Source: Deltaproteobacteria bacterium (GTDB lineage: Bacteria > Myxococcota_A > UBA9042 > PHBI01 > JACKFB01). From it: DNA of 64,000 bases. A model generated the notes under the pieces. It was given only the letters and a program-made list of their open reading frames with translations, was not told the DNA's origin and did not search any database. Position 1 is the first letter of the stretch; every line of letters starts with the position of its first letter. This document shows positions 8,845 through 18,596 of the stretch, piece after piece. The translations under genes were made by a program, and so were the position numbers. Location of the stretch: NCBI GenBank assembly GCA_020632695.1, contig JACKFB010000013.1, forward strand, positions 119 to 64,118, read 5' to 3'.

Positions 8845-9621
8845 TTGCGCCGTGGCGTCCCAGGCTTCGTGCTCCTCTGCGCGCTCGTGCTCGCGCAGGG
8901 CTGCGCGTCGACCTCGAGCGACATCAAGCAGGCGTCGGCCGAGCTGACGGCCACGCTCGGCGCCGTGGACGCGGCGGCGCTGGAGTTCCAGGCGCTGTAC
9001 CTGGCCGAGATCCAGCGCACCCGCGCCGATCTGCAGGACGCGTACGTGGCGCGCGCAGTGCGGCTGCGGACCCGCGCGCTCTCGGGCGAGCTGGACGGCC
9101 CCGCCTGGGAGGCGCGCCTCCGTGAGCACGGGCTGCTGGCCGTCGCCGAGGAGATCGAGGCCACCGAGGCCTCGGCGCGGGAGCTGGTGCGGCGGGTGGC
9201 CAAGGTGGAGCTCACCGGCGAGGAGCCGGCCGACGCGGCGCTGGGAGGGCTCTTCGGTGCGCAGGCGGCCGAGCTGCGGAAGGCGGCGGCGGGGCTGCGG
9301 GCGGCCGGGTTGGCGGGACAGGCGGACGCGCTCGAGGCCCGGGCGGCGCGGCTCGAGTCGGAGCGGCCGGAGCTGCTGGCCGACTCGCGGGCGCGCAGCT
9401 ACCTGCTCGGGCTGGTCGAGCTGAACACGATGGCCGCCCGGACGCCGGCGCGGCTGGCCGATCTCCGAGCAGCGGTCGAGTACCTGCGGACGGTCCACGA
9501 GGTCGTGGACGGCTGGATACAGGCCGACGTGACACCGTCGGGCGCCGCGCTGGGCGAGGTGTTCGCGCGCCGCGCCTCCGACGCGGGCTTCACCGCGCCC
9601 CGCCTGGGGGGTGGGCGATGA
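8845..9621 (+). CDS. Lipoprotein of unknown function (Ala/Arg/Glu-rich, helical)
   Basis: TTG/ATG-class start at 8845. Signal peptide with lipobox MRRGVPGFVLLCALVLAQGCAS. High third-codon G/C. Stop overlaps the next start (ATGA at 9618). Confidence 0.6.
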   Translation: MRRGVPGFVLLCALVLAQGCASTSSDIKQASAELTATLGAVDAAALEFQALYLAEIQRTRADLQDAYVARAVRLRTRALSGELDGPAWEARLREHGLLAVAEEIEATEASARELVRRVAKVELTGEEPADAALGGLFGAQAAELRKAAAGLRAAGLAGQADALEARAARLESERPELLADSRARSYLLGLVELNTMAARTPARLADLRAAVEYLRTVHEVVDGWIQADVTPSGAALGEVFARRASDAGFTAPRLGGGR

Positions 9622-10292
9622 TGGGTCGGCTCATGGCGCTGTCCTTGCTGGGCTCCGTCGCCGTGGTCGGCTGCAGCGGTCACGTGCGCGAGCTGACCCG
9701 GGCGGAGACCGAGGCGCTGAGCTCCGTCGCCGAGCGGCTGGCCGCCAACCGCGCGGCCGTGGCGGCGTCCTTGGAGGGGCTGGCGAAGCTCTCGGCCGAG
9801 GCGCTGAGCGAGCGCGACATGCTCAGCTCGAACGTGGCGAAGGCGCAGCTCCTCGAGTCGATGCGCTCGCCGTGGACCGGCGGCCAGGGCGAGGACGCGG
9901 CCACGCGGCGCGAGGTGGCGCTCTATCATCTCTATGCGCTGGCCGACGCCGAGCGTGAGCTGAGGACGGCGAGGATCCGCGAGCGCGCCGCGTCGGTGGC
10001 GGCGGTCCAGGAGGCCTACGACCGGCTGGCCGCGCTGGTGGCGGACGCGGCCGACGCCGAGGCCTCGATCCTGCGCTACCTGGAGCGCCCGCGCGGCGCC
10101 AGGGTGAGCGAGGCCATCGACGGCCTGCTCTCGGAGGCGCGCGCCTTTCGCCAGCAGCTCGTGCAGAGCGACGACCCCGAGCTGCAGCGGCTGGCCGAGC
10201 AGGTGGCCCGTGGCGAAGACGCCGTCGCCAAGGCGAAGGCGCTCATCGAGCGCAGCATCGAGAAGGCCAAGGGCGGGGGAGAGCGGCGATGA
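9618..10292 (+). CDS. Lipoprotein of unknown function
   Basis: MMGRLMALSLLGSVAVVGCSG lipoprotein signal. 4-nt overlaps with both neighbours. Helical, Ala-rich. Confidence 0.6.
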   Translation: MMGRLMALSLLGSVAVVGCSGHVRELTRAETEALSSVAERLAANRAAVAASLEGLAKLSAEALSERDMLSSNVAKAQLLESMRSPWTGGQGEDAATRREVALYHLYALADAERELRTARIRERAASVAAVQEAYDRLAALVADAADAEASILRYLERPRGARVSEAIDGLLSEARAFRQQLVQSDDPELQRLAEQVARGEDAVAKAKALIERSIEKAKGGGERR

Positions 10293-10828
10293 GCGCGACG
10301 AACGAGGGGGATCCCGCCCGGGGGGAGGAGGCGGTCGCGCGCGCGACCAACCGGATCCGGGACGGGATCGTCGAGGCGCGGGCGCTGCTGGAGGAGCTGC
10401 ACGCGCTGGCCAGGCTCGGCAAGGACGCTTCCGACGCGCAGCGGGCGGCGCTGGCGGACCTGGCGGGGCGGCTGGACGCCGACGCGCGGGAGGCGGCGCG
10501 GGCGCGGCGGCAGGCGGAGATCGAGCGGCTCGACGAGATCATCGCTTCCTACGACGCGGCGCTGGCCGTGGACGGGCTGCCGACGGAGGTGCGCGACGCG
10601 GTGTTCGGCGAGCGGACGGTCGCGCGGGCAAAGCGGACGCGGCTCTGGGGCGAGGCGGCGACGGACTTCGGCGGGGTGCTGACCCGGGCCGAGGTCGAGC
10701 GCCTCGAGACGCTGAGCGCCGAGGTGCGCGAGGCGACGCGGCGCAGGGCGAGGGCGGCGTCGCTGCTGCGGGTGGCGACGCGCATCGTCGACGTGGCGCT
10801 GGGCGTGGTCTTCAAGCTGGCGACGTGA
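10289..10828 (+). CDS. Hypothetical cytoplasmic protein, third gene of the overlapping operon
   Basis: ATGA overlap with the upstream gene. No signal peptide. Coiled-coil-like text. High third-codon G/C. Confidence 0.55.
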   Translation: MSATNEGDPARGEEAVARATNRIRDGIVEARALLEELHALARLGKDASDAQRAALADLAGRLDADAREAARARRQAEIERLDEIIASYDAALAVDGLPTEVRDAVFGERTVARAKRTRLWGEAATDFGGVLTRAEVERLETLSAEVREATRRRARAASLLRVATRIVDVALGVVFKLAT

Positions 10829-10850
10829 CGGACCGGCCGAGGGCGCGGCG

Positions 10851-11972
10851 TCAGCTCTCGTCGTGGGCCATGCGCCAGGCGCTGTCGAAGGCGTCGCGGT
10901 CGGCGTAGCAGCCCTGCAGCAGGCGGCGGCCGGTCTGCCCGTCGAAGGCCTCGCGCCCGTGGAGGATGCGCTCGTTGTCGAAGACGACGAGATCGCCCGG
11001 CTCCAGGCGGAAGACCAGCCGCAGCGCCGGGTCGCGGGTGAGCGCGTCGAGGCGGCGGAACGCGGCGTAGAAGGCGTCGAGGCGCTCGGGGGCGAGCCGC
11101 AGCGGCTCCATCGAGCGGTCGTTGAAGTGGATGGCCACCAGGGTCCCGGCGGCGTCGAGGCGCAGCATGGGGTGCTCGCGGCGCAGGTCGCAGGTGGCGT
11201 CCCGGTAGCGGAAGGGCACCGGCGTGGTCCGGAGCACCTCGAGGGCGTCGGGGGCCTCGGCGCGCAGGCGCTCGGCCAGGGTGACGCCGTCGACCATGAC
11301 CGAGTCGCCGCCGCGGGCGCTGGACTCCAGGCAGTGGAGGAGCTGCACGCCCGGCACCGGGTCGCGGTAGGGGTTGTCGGTGTGCAGCGCCAGCGCGACG
11401 TCGGTGTAGGCGAGGTGGGTGGCGTCGGGGACGGAGGCGACGTCGAAGATGCGGCCGTAGTTGGTGGCGCGGACGTGGCCGAAGCGCTCGGCGGTGCGGG
11501 CGACCTCGCCGCGCTCGTGGGGGACGCCGCGCAGGCGCACCAGGCCGAGGGCGGCGAAGGCGTCGAGGAAGGCGAGGCGGCCGGCGGGCGTGTCGAGGGT
11601 GGCGTGGTCGAGGTCGGGCATGCGCCGGGCGAGGGTGGCGTCCCAGCCGGTGCGCGGCGGGGACACGGGCGCGGCCGAGGTGTGGGCGCGCAGCCAGGCG
11701 GCGGGGTAGACGCTCTCGTGGGGGCCGTGGGCGTCGGGGGACCAGGTGACGGCGAGGGCGCCGGCGGCGTCGACCGCGACGGAGAGGGGGCGGACGTCGG
11801 GGGGGATGTCGGCGATCTCCACGAGGCGCTGGCGGGTCTTCGGGTGGCGGCAGCGCGCGCAGGCGCAGGCGTCGCGCAGCCAGAAGGCGTGGAGCTGCAG
11901 CTCGGGGCCGTCGTCGAGGCGGACGCGGACGGCGCGGTCGCCTGCGGAGGCGGAGGTCACGCGCGGGTTCAC
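10851..11972 (-). CDS. Fe(II)/2-oxoglutarate dioxygenase, gamma-butyrobetaine hydroxylase / TauD-like, with N-terminal DUF971-like domain
   Basis: C-terminal 373 aa of track ORF 10851..13364, beginning at the GTG at 11972 (VNPRVTSAS...). That GTG overlaps the stop of the upstream transporter (GTGA). HTDNPYRDPVPGVQLLHC carries the HxD iron ligands. DNERILHGREAF is the distal His/Arg 2-oxoglutarate-binding region. Confidence 0.75.
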   Translation of the reverse strand: MNPRVTSASAGDRAVRVRLDDGPELQLHAFWLRDACACARCRHPKTRQRLVEIADIPPDVRPLSVAVDAAGALAVTWSPDAHGPHESVYPAAWLRAHTSAAPVSPPRTGWDATLARRMPDLDHATLDTPAGRLAFLDAFAALGLVRLRGVPHERGEVARTAERFGHVRATNYGRIFDVASVPDATHLAYTDVALALHTDNPYRDPVPGVQLLHCLESSARGGDSVMVDGVTLAERLRAEAPDALEVLRTTPVPFRYRDATCDLRREHPMLRLDAAGTLVAIHFNDRSMEPLRLAPERLDAFYAAFRRLDALTRDPALRLVFRLEPGDLVVFDNERILHGREAFDGQTGRRLLQGCYADRDAFDSAWRMAHDES

Positions 11973-13327
11973 GGGGACTCCTCCGGCGAGACCGCGCCGA
12001 CCGCGAGCAGGTCCACCGAGAGGTCGGGGGCGCGCTCGGGCGCGAGGCGGCGGTAGAAGTAGCCGATGGCCAGCACGAAGCAGACCGTGCAGAGGATCGA
12101 CGTGGCGTAGCTGAAGGTCACGAAGAACTCGAGCCAGGACAGCTCCGCCTGGCCGAAGGTCTTGAAGAGCAGGATCGCGACGCTGCCCAGGTAGCCGAAG
12201 GCGTCGGCGAAGTAGATGAGGAAGCCGGCGTTGGCGACCTCGCCCAGGGCCGCGATGAGGCGGTCGAAGAGCACGCAGCCGTAGGGCACGTAGCCCAGGT
12301 AGAGGCCGGTCCCGACCAGGGTCATCCAGGTGAGCGGCGAGATGAGGTGGGTCTGGAAGGCCCAGGTGCTGGCGCCGATGAGCACGGAGCCGCCGAGCAT
12401 GATGACCTGGACGGCGAGCAGGGCCGCGCGGTTGCGGCGGATGGCCATGATGGTGGCCAGGGCGACCAGGACGGCGAAGGCGACGATGATCTCGGTCTGG
12501 GTGTAGACGGCGGCCTGCTCGCCGGCGCCCATGGCGTCCCAGAGCTCGCGGCTGAAGTTGTCGCGGAAGTCGCGATAGGCGGTCAGCGCCATGTAGAGGA
12601 CGGTGAGGAAGATGAGGCCGGGCGCGTGGGCGCGGACGAAGCGGTTGCGGGCGACGCGGCCCATGGGCTCGCGGCGGGTGCGCAGGGCCTCGTCGGCGAC
12701 GGTGGGCGGCGGCACCAGGCTGAGCATGCGGACGAAGAGCAGCATCGGCAGCACGAAGATGGCGCCGGTGACGAAGGGCATCCACATCTCGCTGACGCCC
12801 TGGGCCATCACCCAGATGCCGACGGACTTCGTCGCGCCCGAGGCGACGATGAAGCTGGCGGAGAGCCCGGCGCCGAGGACCTCGGAGACGCGGCGCCCCT
12901 CGAGGAAGCCGAAGACCAGCCCCCAGACCAGGCCGAGGGGGAGCCCGTTGACGAAGAGCCAGAACGCGTTCCAGGGAGCGGGGGTGGTCGCGAAGAGCGC
13001 CAGCGCGCCCTCGGCCACGCCGATGCAGGCCAGGATGGCCAGGCCGCGGCCGCGGCGGGTCATCTCCGAGATCACCTTGATGCCCACGAACTTCGACAGG
13101 CAGTAGCCGATGACCTGCGCGATGATGAACAGCACCTTGGTGTCCATCGGCGGCAGGCCGGGCAGCTCGGTGCGCCCCTCGTAGGTGGCGACGGCGAAGG
13201 GCTTCCGGAACGCGTACATGCAGAAGTACACGGAGAAGGCCGCGACGACCGTGTAGCTGGTGAACGCCGCCGCCGAGGCGCGGTCCAGCCAGCGGGTGAC
13301 CGGGTGTGTGTGTTCCTCGCCCGCCAC
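11969..13327 (-). CDS. MFS-like membrane transporter (about 12 TM)
   Basis: GTG start at 13327 (MAGEEHTHPV...). Hydrophobic segments throughout. Coupled by overlap to the downstream dioxygenase. Confidence 0.7.
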   Translation of the reverse strand: MAGEEHTHPVTRWLDRASAAAFTSYTVVAAFSVYFCMYAFRKPFAVATYEGRTELPGLPPMDTKVLFIIAQVIGYCLSKFVGIKVISEMTRRGRGLAILACIGVAEGALALFATTPAPWNAFWLFVNGLPLGLVWGLVFGFLEGRRVSEVLGAGLSASFIVASGATKSVGIWVMAQGVSEMWMPFVTGAIFVLPMLLFVRMLSLVPPPTVADEALRTRREPMGRVARNRFVRAHAPGLIFLTVLYMALTAYRDFRDNFSRELWDAMGAGEQAAVYTQTEIIVAFAVLVALATIMAIRRNRAALLAVQVIMLGGSVLIGASTWAFQTHLISPLTWMTLVGTGLYLGYVPYGCVLFDRLIAALGEVANAGFLIYFADAFGYLGSVAILLFKTFGQAELSWLEFFVTFSYATSILCTVCFVLAIGYFYRRLAPERAPDLSVDLLAVGAVSPEESP

Positions 13328-13516
13328 TGCCAGGTCCCTCCCGCGGCGCCCGTTCGCGAGGCACTATGGCACAGTCGGCGCGGCCGCGGGGTGACGGCCG
13401 CGTGCAGGCGTTGAAACATCGCGGCGACGGGGGCGTGCCGGGCGGGGTGCCGGTTGACCATCCCCAGGCGCCCGCGGCCGTGGTAGAGAGCGGCCCTGGA
13501 CCGGAGGCGAGCTGTC

Positions 13517-15202
<1,686 letters not shown>

Positions 15203-15300
15203 CGGCCGTGCCGCGTGCGGGACAAAACCATCGGGACTCTGGTACGTCTTGGCTACACCGCAACTCCTCGGCGGCCCGCCCCTTCACGCCGCGAGCGCCC

Positions 15301-17130
15301 ATGATTCGTCGCTTCCTCCCCTTCCTGGTCGTCCTGCTCACGCTGACGCTGCTCGGCTTCGGGTGCGCCACGACGCGCACGACCGACACGGAGACGCCGG
15401 GGCCCGACGCCAGCAGCGGGACGGTCGAGACGCCGCCCCCTGACCTCGGCGCCGCGGAGGGTGCGCCCGACCCCGGTGACCTCGTGATCGGCTCGGGCAA
15501 GTCCGGCTCCGGAGGCGTCGGACGCGGCACCGGCACCGGCACCGGAGTCGGCGAGGTCGGCGGCCTGGGCGGCGCGCCTCGGAAGTCGAAGTACGCCGGT
15601 CGCAAGACGCGCGGGGGTGGCACGGCCGCCGGCGGCGCGGCCGAGGGGACCCGAGCGCCGGTCGCGACGACCCGCCCCAAGCCGGTCGACACGGCCGGCC
15701 ACGTCGCGGCAGGCGCGCCGGGCGATGCGGCCGGGAGCGCACCGGGCCAGGTCCCCGGCGGCGTGGACTCCCCGCCCGTGGGGGCCGACCCCACCGAGGC
15801 CAGCGGTGCCGGCGCCGGAGAGCCCGCGGGCGCGGAGCCTGCGAACGCCCAGCAGCCTCCGCCTGCCGAGGTCCCGGGTCTCTTCGACGCGCCCGCCGAG
15901 AAGCCCGACCAGAAGAAGGTCTACCCGCGCAGCACCGAGCCCGTATCGGTCCCCGTCTACTACGGCACCGACCGCGCCCCCGTCGTCGCCGCCGACGCCC
16001 TGTCCGCCGCCCAGCGCGCGCTCGGCTGGACCGCCCTCATCAGCCTGGTGCTGGCCGGCGCCCTGGTCTGGCGCGCGCGGCGCCGCGGCACCCGCCGCGC
16101 GTGGCTCCTGGCCGGCTTCACCGGCGTGGTGGCCCTGGTGGTCATCGCCAACGCGGCCTTCCCCGTGCTCCGTGGCCAGGCGCGCACCGAGATCGTCTAC
16201 GGCGCCGAGCGCGGCGAGCTGGTCACCGGCATCGTCGACGTGACCATCCCGCCCGGACACGTGGTGGGCCAGATCGAGGCGCCGTCCCTGCTGACCTTCG
16301 AGGTCACCGACGACGAGGACCGCCACATCGTCCTGCAGAGCATCGAGCAGCTCCCCGCCGACGACTTCTACGCCGCCCTGCGCGAGCGCGTCAGCCGCGG
16401 CCGCGACCGCTCGGCCTTCGTGTTCGTGCACGGCTACGCCACCACCTTCGAGGAGGCCGCCCAGCGCACCGCGCAAATAGCCTACGACCTGGACTTCGAC
16501 GGCGCGCCGATGATGTTCAGCTGGCCGTCGCAGGGCACCAAGATCGGCTACAGCGTCGACGAGGCCAACGCCGAGTGGGCCGTGGGCCACATGAAGCAGT
16601 TCCTCGAGCGCGTCGCCAAGGAGGTGGGCCCTGGCACGGTGCACCTGCTGGCGCACAGCATGGGCAACCGCGTGCTGACCAAGGCGCTGCAGCTCATGCC
16701 GCCGATGCCCGAGGGCACGCCGCGCTTTCGCGAGGTGATGCTGGCAGCGCCCGACATCGACGCCAGCACCTTCAAAGACCAGATCGCCCCGGCCATCATG
16801 AACTCGGGGGCGCGCGTGACGCTCTACGCCTCGGCCAACGACGAGGCGCTGCTGCTGTCGAAGAAGGTGCACGGCTACCCGCGCGCAGGCGACGCCGGCG
16901 ACGGGCTGGTGGTGGTGGCCGGCGTGGACACGGTCGACGCCTCCCGGGTGGAGACCAGCCTCACCGGCCACTCCTACTTCGGCGACAACCGCACCGTGCT
17001 GGACGACATCTTCCGGCTGGTGCGCCTCGGCATGCCGGTGGACCGCCGGCCGGCGCTGGAGGCGCGGGAGCAGAAGGGCCTGCGCTACTGGGAGTTCGTC
17101 CCGCCGCCGGCCGCCGCCCACGCGGACTGA
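15301..17130 (+). CDS. Secreted/lipoprotein alpha/beta hydrolase, DUF900 family
   Basis: ATG 15301. Signal peptide MIRRFLPFLVVLLTLTLLGFGCATT. Long Gly/Pro/Ala linker, then the DUF900 core with HLLAHSMGNRV (GxSxG nucleophile elbow). The track ORF 13306..17130 is an upstream read-through artefact. Confidence 0.8.
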   Translation: MIRRFLPFLVVLLTLTLLGFGCATTRTTDTETPGPDASSGTVETPPPDLGAAEGAPDPGDLVIGSGKSGSGGVGRGTGTGTGVGEVGGLGGAPRKSKYAGRKTRGGGTAAGGAAEGTRAPVATTRPKPVDTAGHVAAGAPGDAAGSAPGQVPGGVDSPPVGADPTEASGAGAGEPAGAEPANAQQPPPAEVPGLFDAPAEKPDQKKVYPRSTEPVSVPVYYGTDRAPVVAADALSAAQRALGWTALISLVLAGALVWRARRRGTRRAWLLAGFTGVVALVVIANAAFPVLRGQARTEIVYGAERGELVTGIVDVTIPPGHVVGQIEAPSLLTFEVTDDEDRHIVLQSIEQLPADDFYAALRERVSRGRDRSAFVFVHGYATTFEEAAQRTAQIAYDLDFDGAPMMFSWPSQGTKIGYSVDEANAEWAVGHMKQFLERVAKEVGPGTVHLLAHSMGNRVLTKALQLMPPMPEGTPRFREVMLAAPDIDASTFKDQIAPAIMNSGARVTLYASANDEALLLSKKVHGYPRAGDAGDGLVVVAGVDTVDASRVETSLTGHSYFGDNRTVLDDIFRLVRLGMPVDRRPALEAREQKGLRYWEFVPPPAAAHAD

Positions 17131-17145
17131 CCGGGCGGCCGGGCC

Positions 17146-17739
17146 TCAGCGCCCGCGGGTGCTCAGGGTGCGCTCGACCATGGCGTCGAAGAGCTGCTCC
17201 AGGCGGGCGCGCAGCTCGGGGCCCTCGAGCACGCCCAGGGCGCGGGCGACGGCCTCGAAGGTGGCCAGGCCGCCCGCCTTCGGCTCGGCGCGCAGGCGGT
17301 AGCGGGTGGGGGCGTCGTCGGGCAGGCGCACCCGCGGCAGCGCGGCCAGGGCCGGCTCGCGCTTGGGGATGCGGCTCGCCTGGCGCCAGTTGCCGTCGGG
17401 GACCACCAGGGTGACCGGGCGCGGGTCGGCGGCGACGAAGGCCGCGTCCAGGAGGACCGCGTCGTCCGCGGGGAAGAGCACCACCGCTCGCCGGGCGGGG
17501 TCGTCGAGGCCGGCCACCTCGACCGGCGCGTCCAGCTCGCCCCGGACGTGGAACTCGACCCGGTCGATGGCCAGCTCGAGCAGCCGCGCCGTGGCCGAGG
17601 TCTTGGTCACCTCGCGGTGGTGCATCACCACCACGACCCGCGTCGCGATGGCCTGCTGGCTTGCCAGCGCACAGACGCAGAGGTCGGTGTGCATGCGGCA
17701 GCGCTCGCAGCGCTGGGCGCGTTTGGCGCGTCGACCCAT
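17146..17739 (-). CDS. DTW-domain tRNA-uridine aminocarboxypropyltransferase (TapT/YfiP-like)
   Basis: Has the family's N-terminal Cys cluster (CERCRMHTDLCVCA) and a DGNW motif in place of the DTW signature. Confidence 0.75.
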   Translation of the reverse strand: MGRRAKRAQRCERCRMHTDLCVCALASQQAIATRVVVVMHHREVTKTSATARLLELAIDRVEFHVRGELDAPVEVAGLDDPARRAVVLFPADDAVLLDAAFVAADPRPVTLVVPDGNWRQASRIPKREPALAALPRVRLPDDAPTRYRLRAEPKAGGLATFEAVARALGVLEGPELRARLEQLFDAMVERTLSTRGR

Positions 17740-17770
17740 CTTCCACCCGTGTTCGCCGTGCTGCTGAAAC

Positions 17771-17807
17771 GACGACGCCCGAGTCCGTGGGGACTCGGGC
17801 GTCGTGA
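17771..17807 (-). terminator. Rho-independent terminator-like hairpin downstream of the minus-strand lipoprotein gene
   Basis: Perfect 15-bp inverted repeat CGACGACGCCCGAGTCC-gtgg-GGACTCGGGCGTCGT about 60 nt after the stop at 17867. On the minus-strand transcript it is followed by UUUCAGC. Confidence 0.5.
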
Positions 17808-17866
17808 GAGCGTCGGGCGAGGCGAGCCGGTGACGGCCGGCTCACTCACCCGTGGAGGTCAGCGAC

Positions 17867-18364
17867 CTACCACACGCCCGGGCACATCATCTCGCCGGAC
17901 TGCTTCATGGCGTTCACGGACTGCGTGCAGGCGTCGTTGGCGGCCTTCATCGCCGCCTCCTTCGCCGCGCCCTCCATGCCACCGAAGTTCCAGCCCGACT
18001 TCATGGCCTCGAGGCCCTGCTTGGCGCCGTCCTTGGCGGCCGCGGGGTACTTGTCCGACTCCAGGCACTTCAGCATCTTGTCGGCGTACTCCTTGCAGGC
18101 CTCGGGCAGATCGCTCGCGCCCTCGGCAGGCTTGGCCTCCTCAGCGGCGGCCTCGACCTTCTCCTCGGCCTTCTCGGCAGCGGCCTCGACCTTCTCCTCG
18201 GCCTTCTCGGCGGCGGCCTCGACCTTCTCCTCGGCCGCCTTCTCGGCGGCGGGTGCCGCCTCGCCAGCCTTCGGCGCAGGCTCGGCGCCAGCCTCGGGCT
18301 TCTTCTCGCAGCCCGAGACGACCAGAGCGACAGCAGCGATCAACAGCAGAGAAACCTTGTTCAT
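17867..18364 (-). CDS. Lipoprotein with tandem AAEKAEEKVEA repeats and a C-terminal Cys-containing domain
   Basis: ATG 18364. MNKVSLLLIAAVALVVSGCEKK lipobox. Three near-perfect 33-nt DNA repeats (18147..18250) encode EKAEEKVEAAA x3. The track ORF 17867..18745 has a spurious 5' extension. Confidence 0.75.
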   Translation of the reverse strand: MNKVSLLLIAAVALVVSGCEKKPEAGAEPAPKAGEAAPAAEKAAEEKVEAAAEKAEEKVEAAAEKAEEKVEAAAEEAKPAEGASDLPEACKEYADKMLKCLESDKYPAAAKDGAKQGLEAMKSGWNFGGMEGAAKEAAMKAANDACTQSVNAMKQSGEMMCPGVW

Positions 18365-18596
18365 GGGTCTGACTCCTCGATCGGCCGTCCTCACGGCCGG
18401 TGTGGCTTTCGCGTGCCGCCACAGTCTGTGACGCCCGCCTACACGATCCCATCCCGCGGCATGGCCCCGGTCCTCGATGGAAACCGTGTCAATTCGCGGC
18501 GCATTATGAAGCTGAGTCGGGATTCCCGCAAGTCGCTTCGACCGTGGGCCGCGCGCGGTCGCCCGCGCCCCCTCCGGGTTCTCTCCACTTCCCCGT

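Noticed and set aside
10851-13364. 837 aa single ORF 10851..13364 (-)
   Set aside because: It is a read-through artefact. The 5' two-thirds lie in the antisense or alternative frame of the MFS-like gene region. Only the C-terminal 373 aa, from the GTG at 11972, form the dioxygenase.
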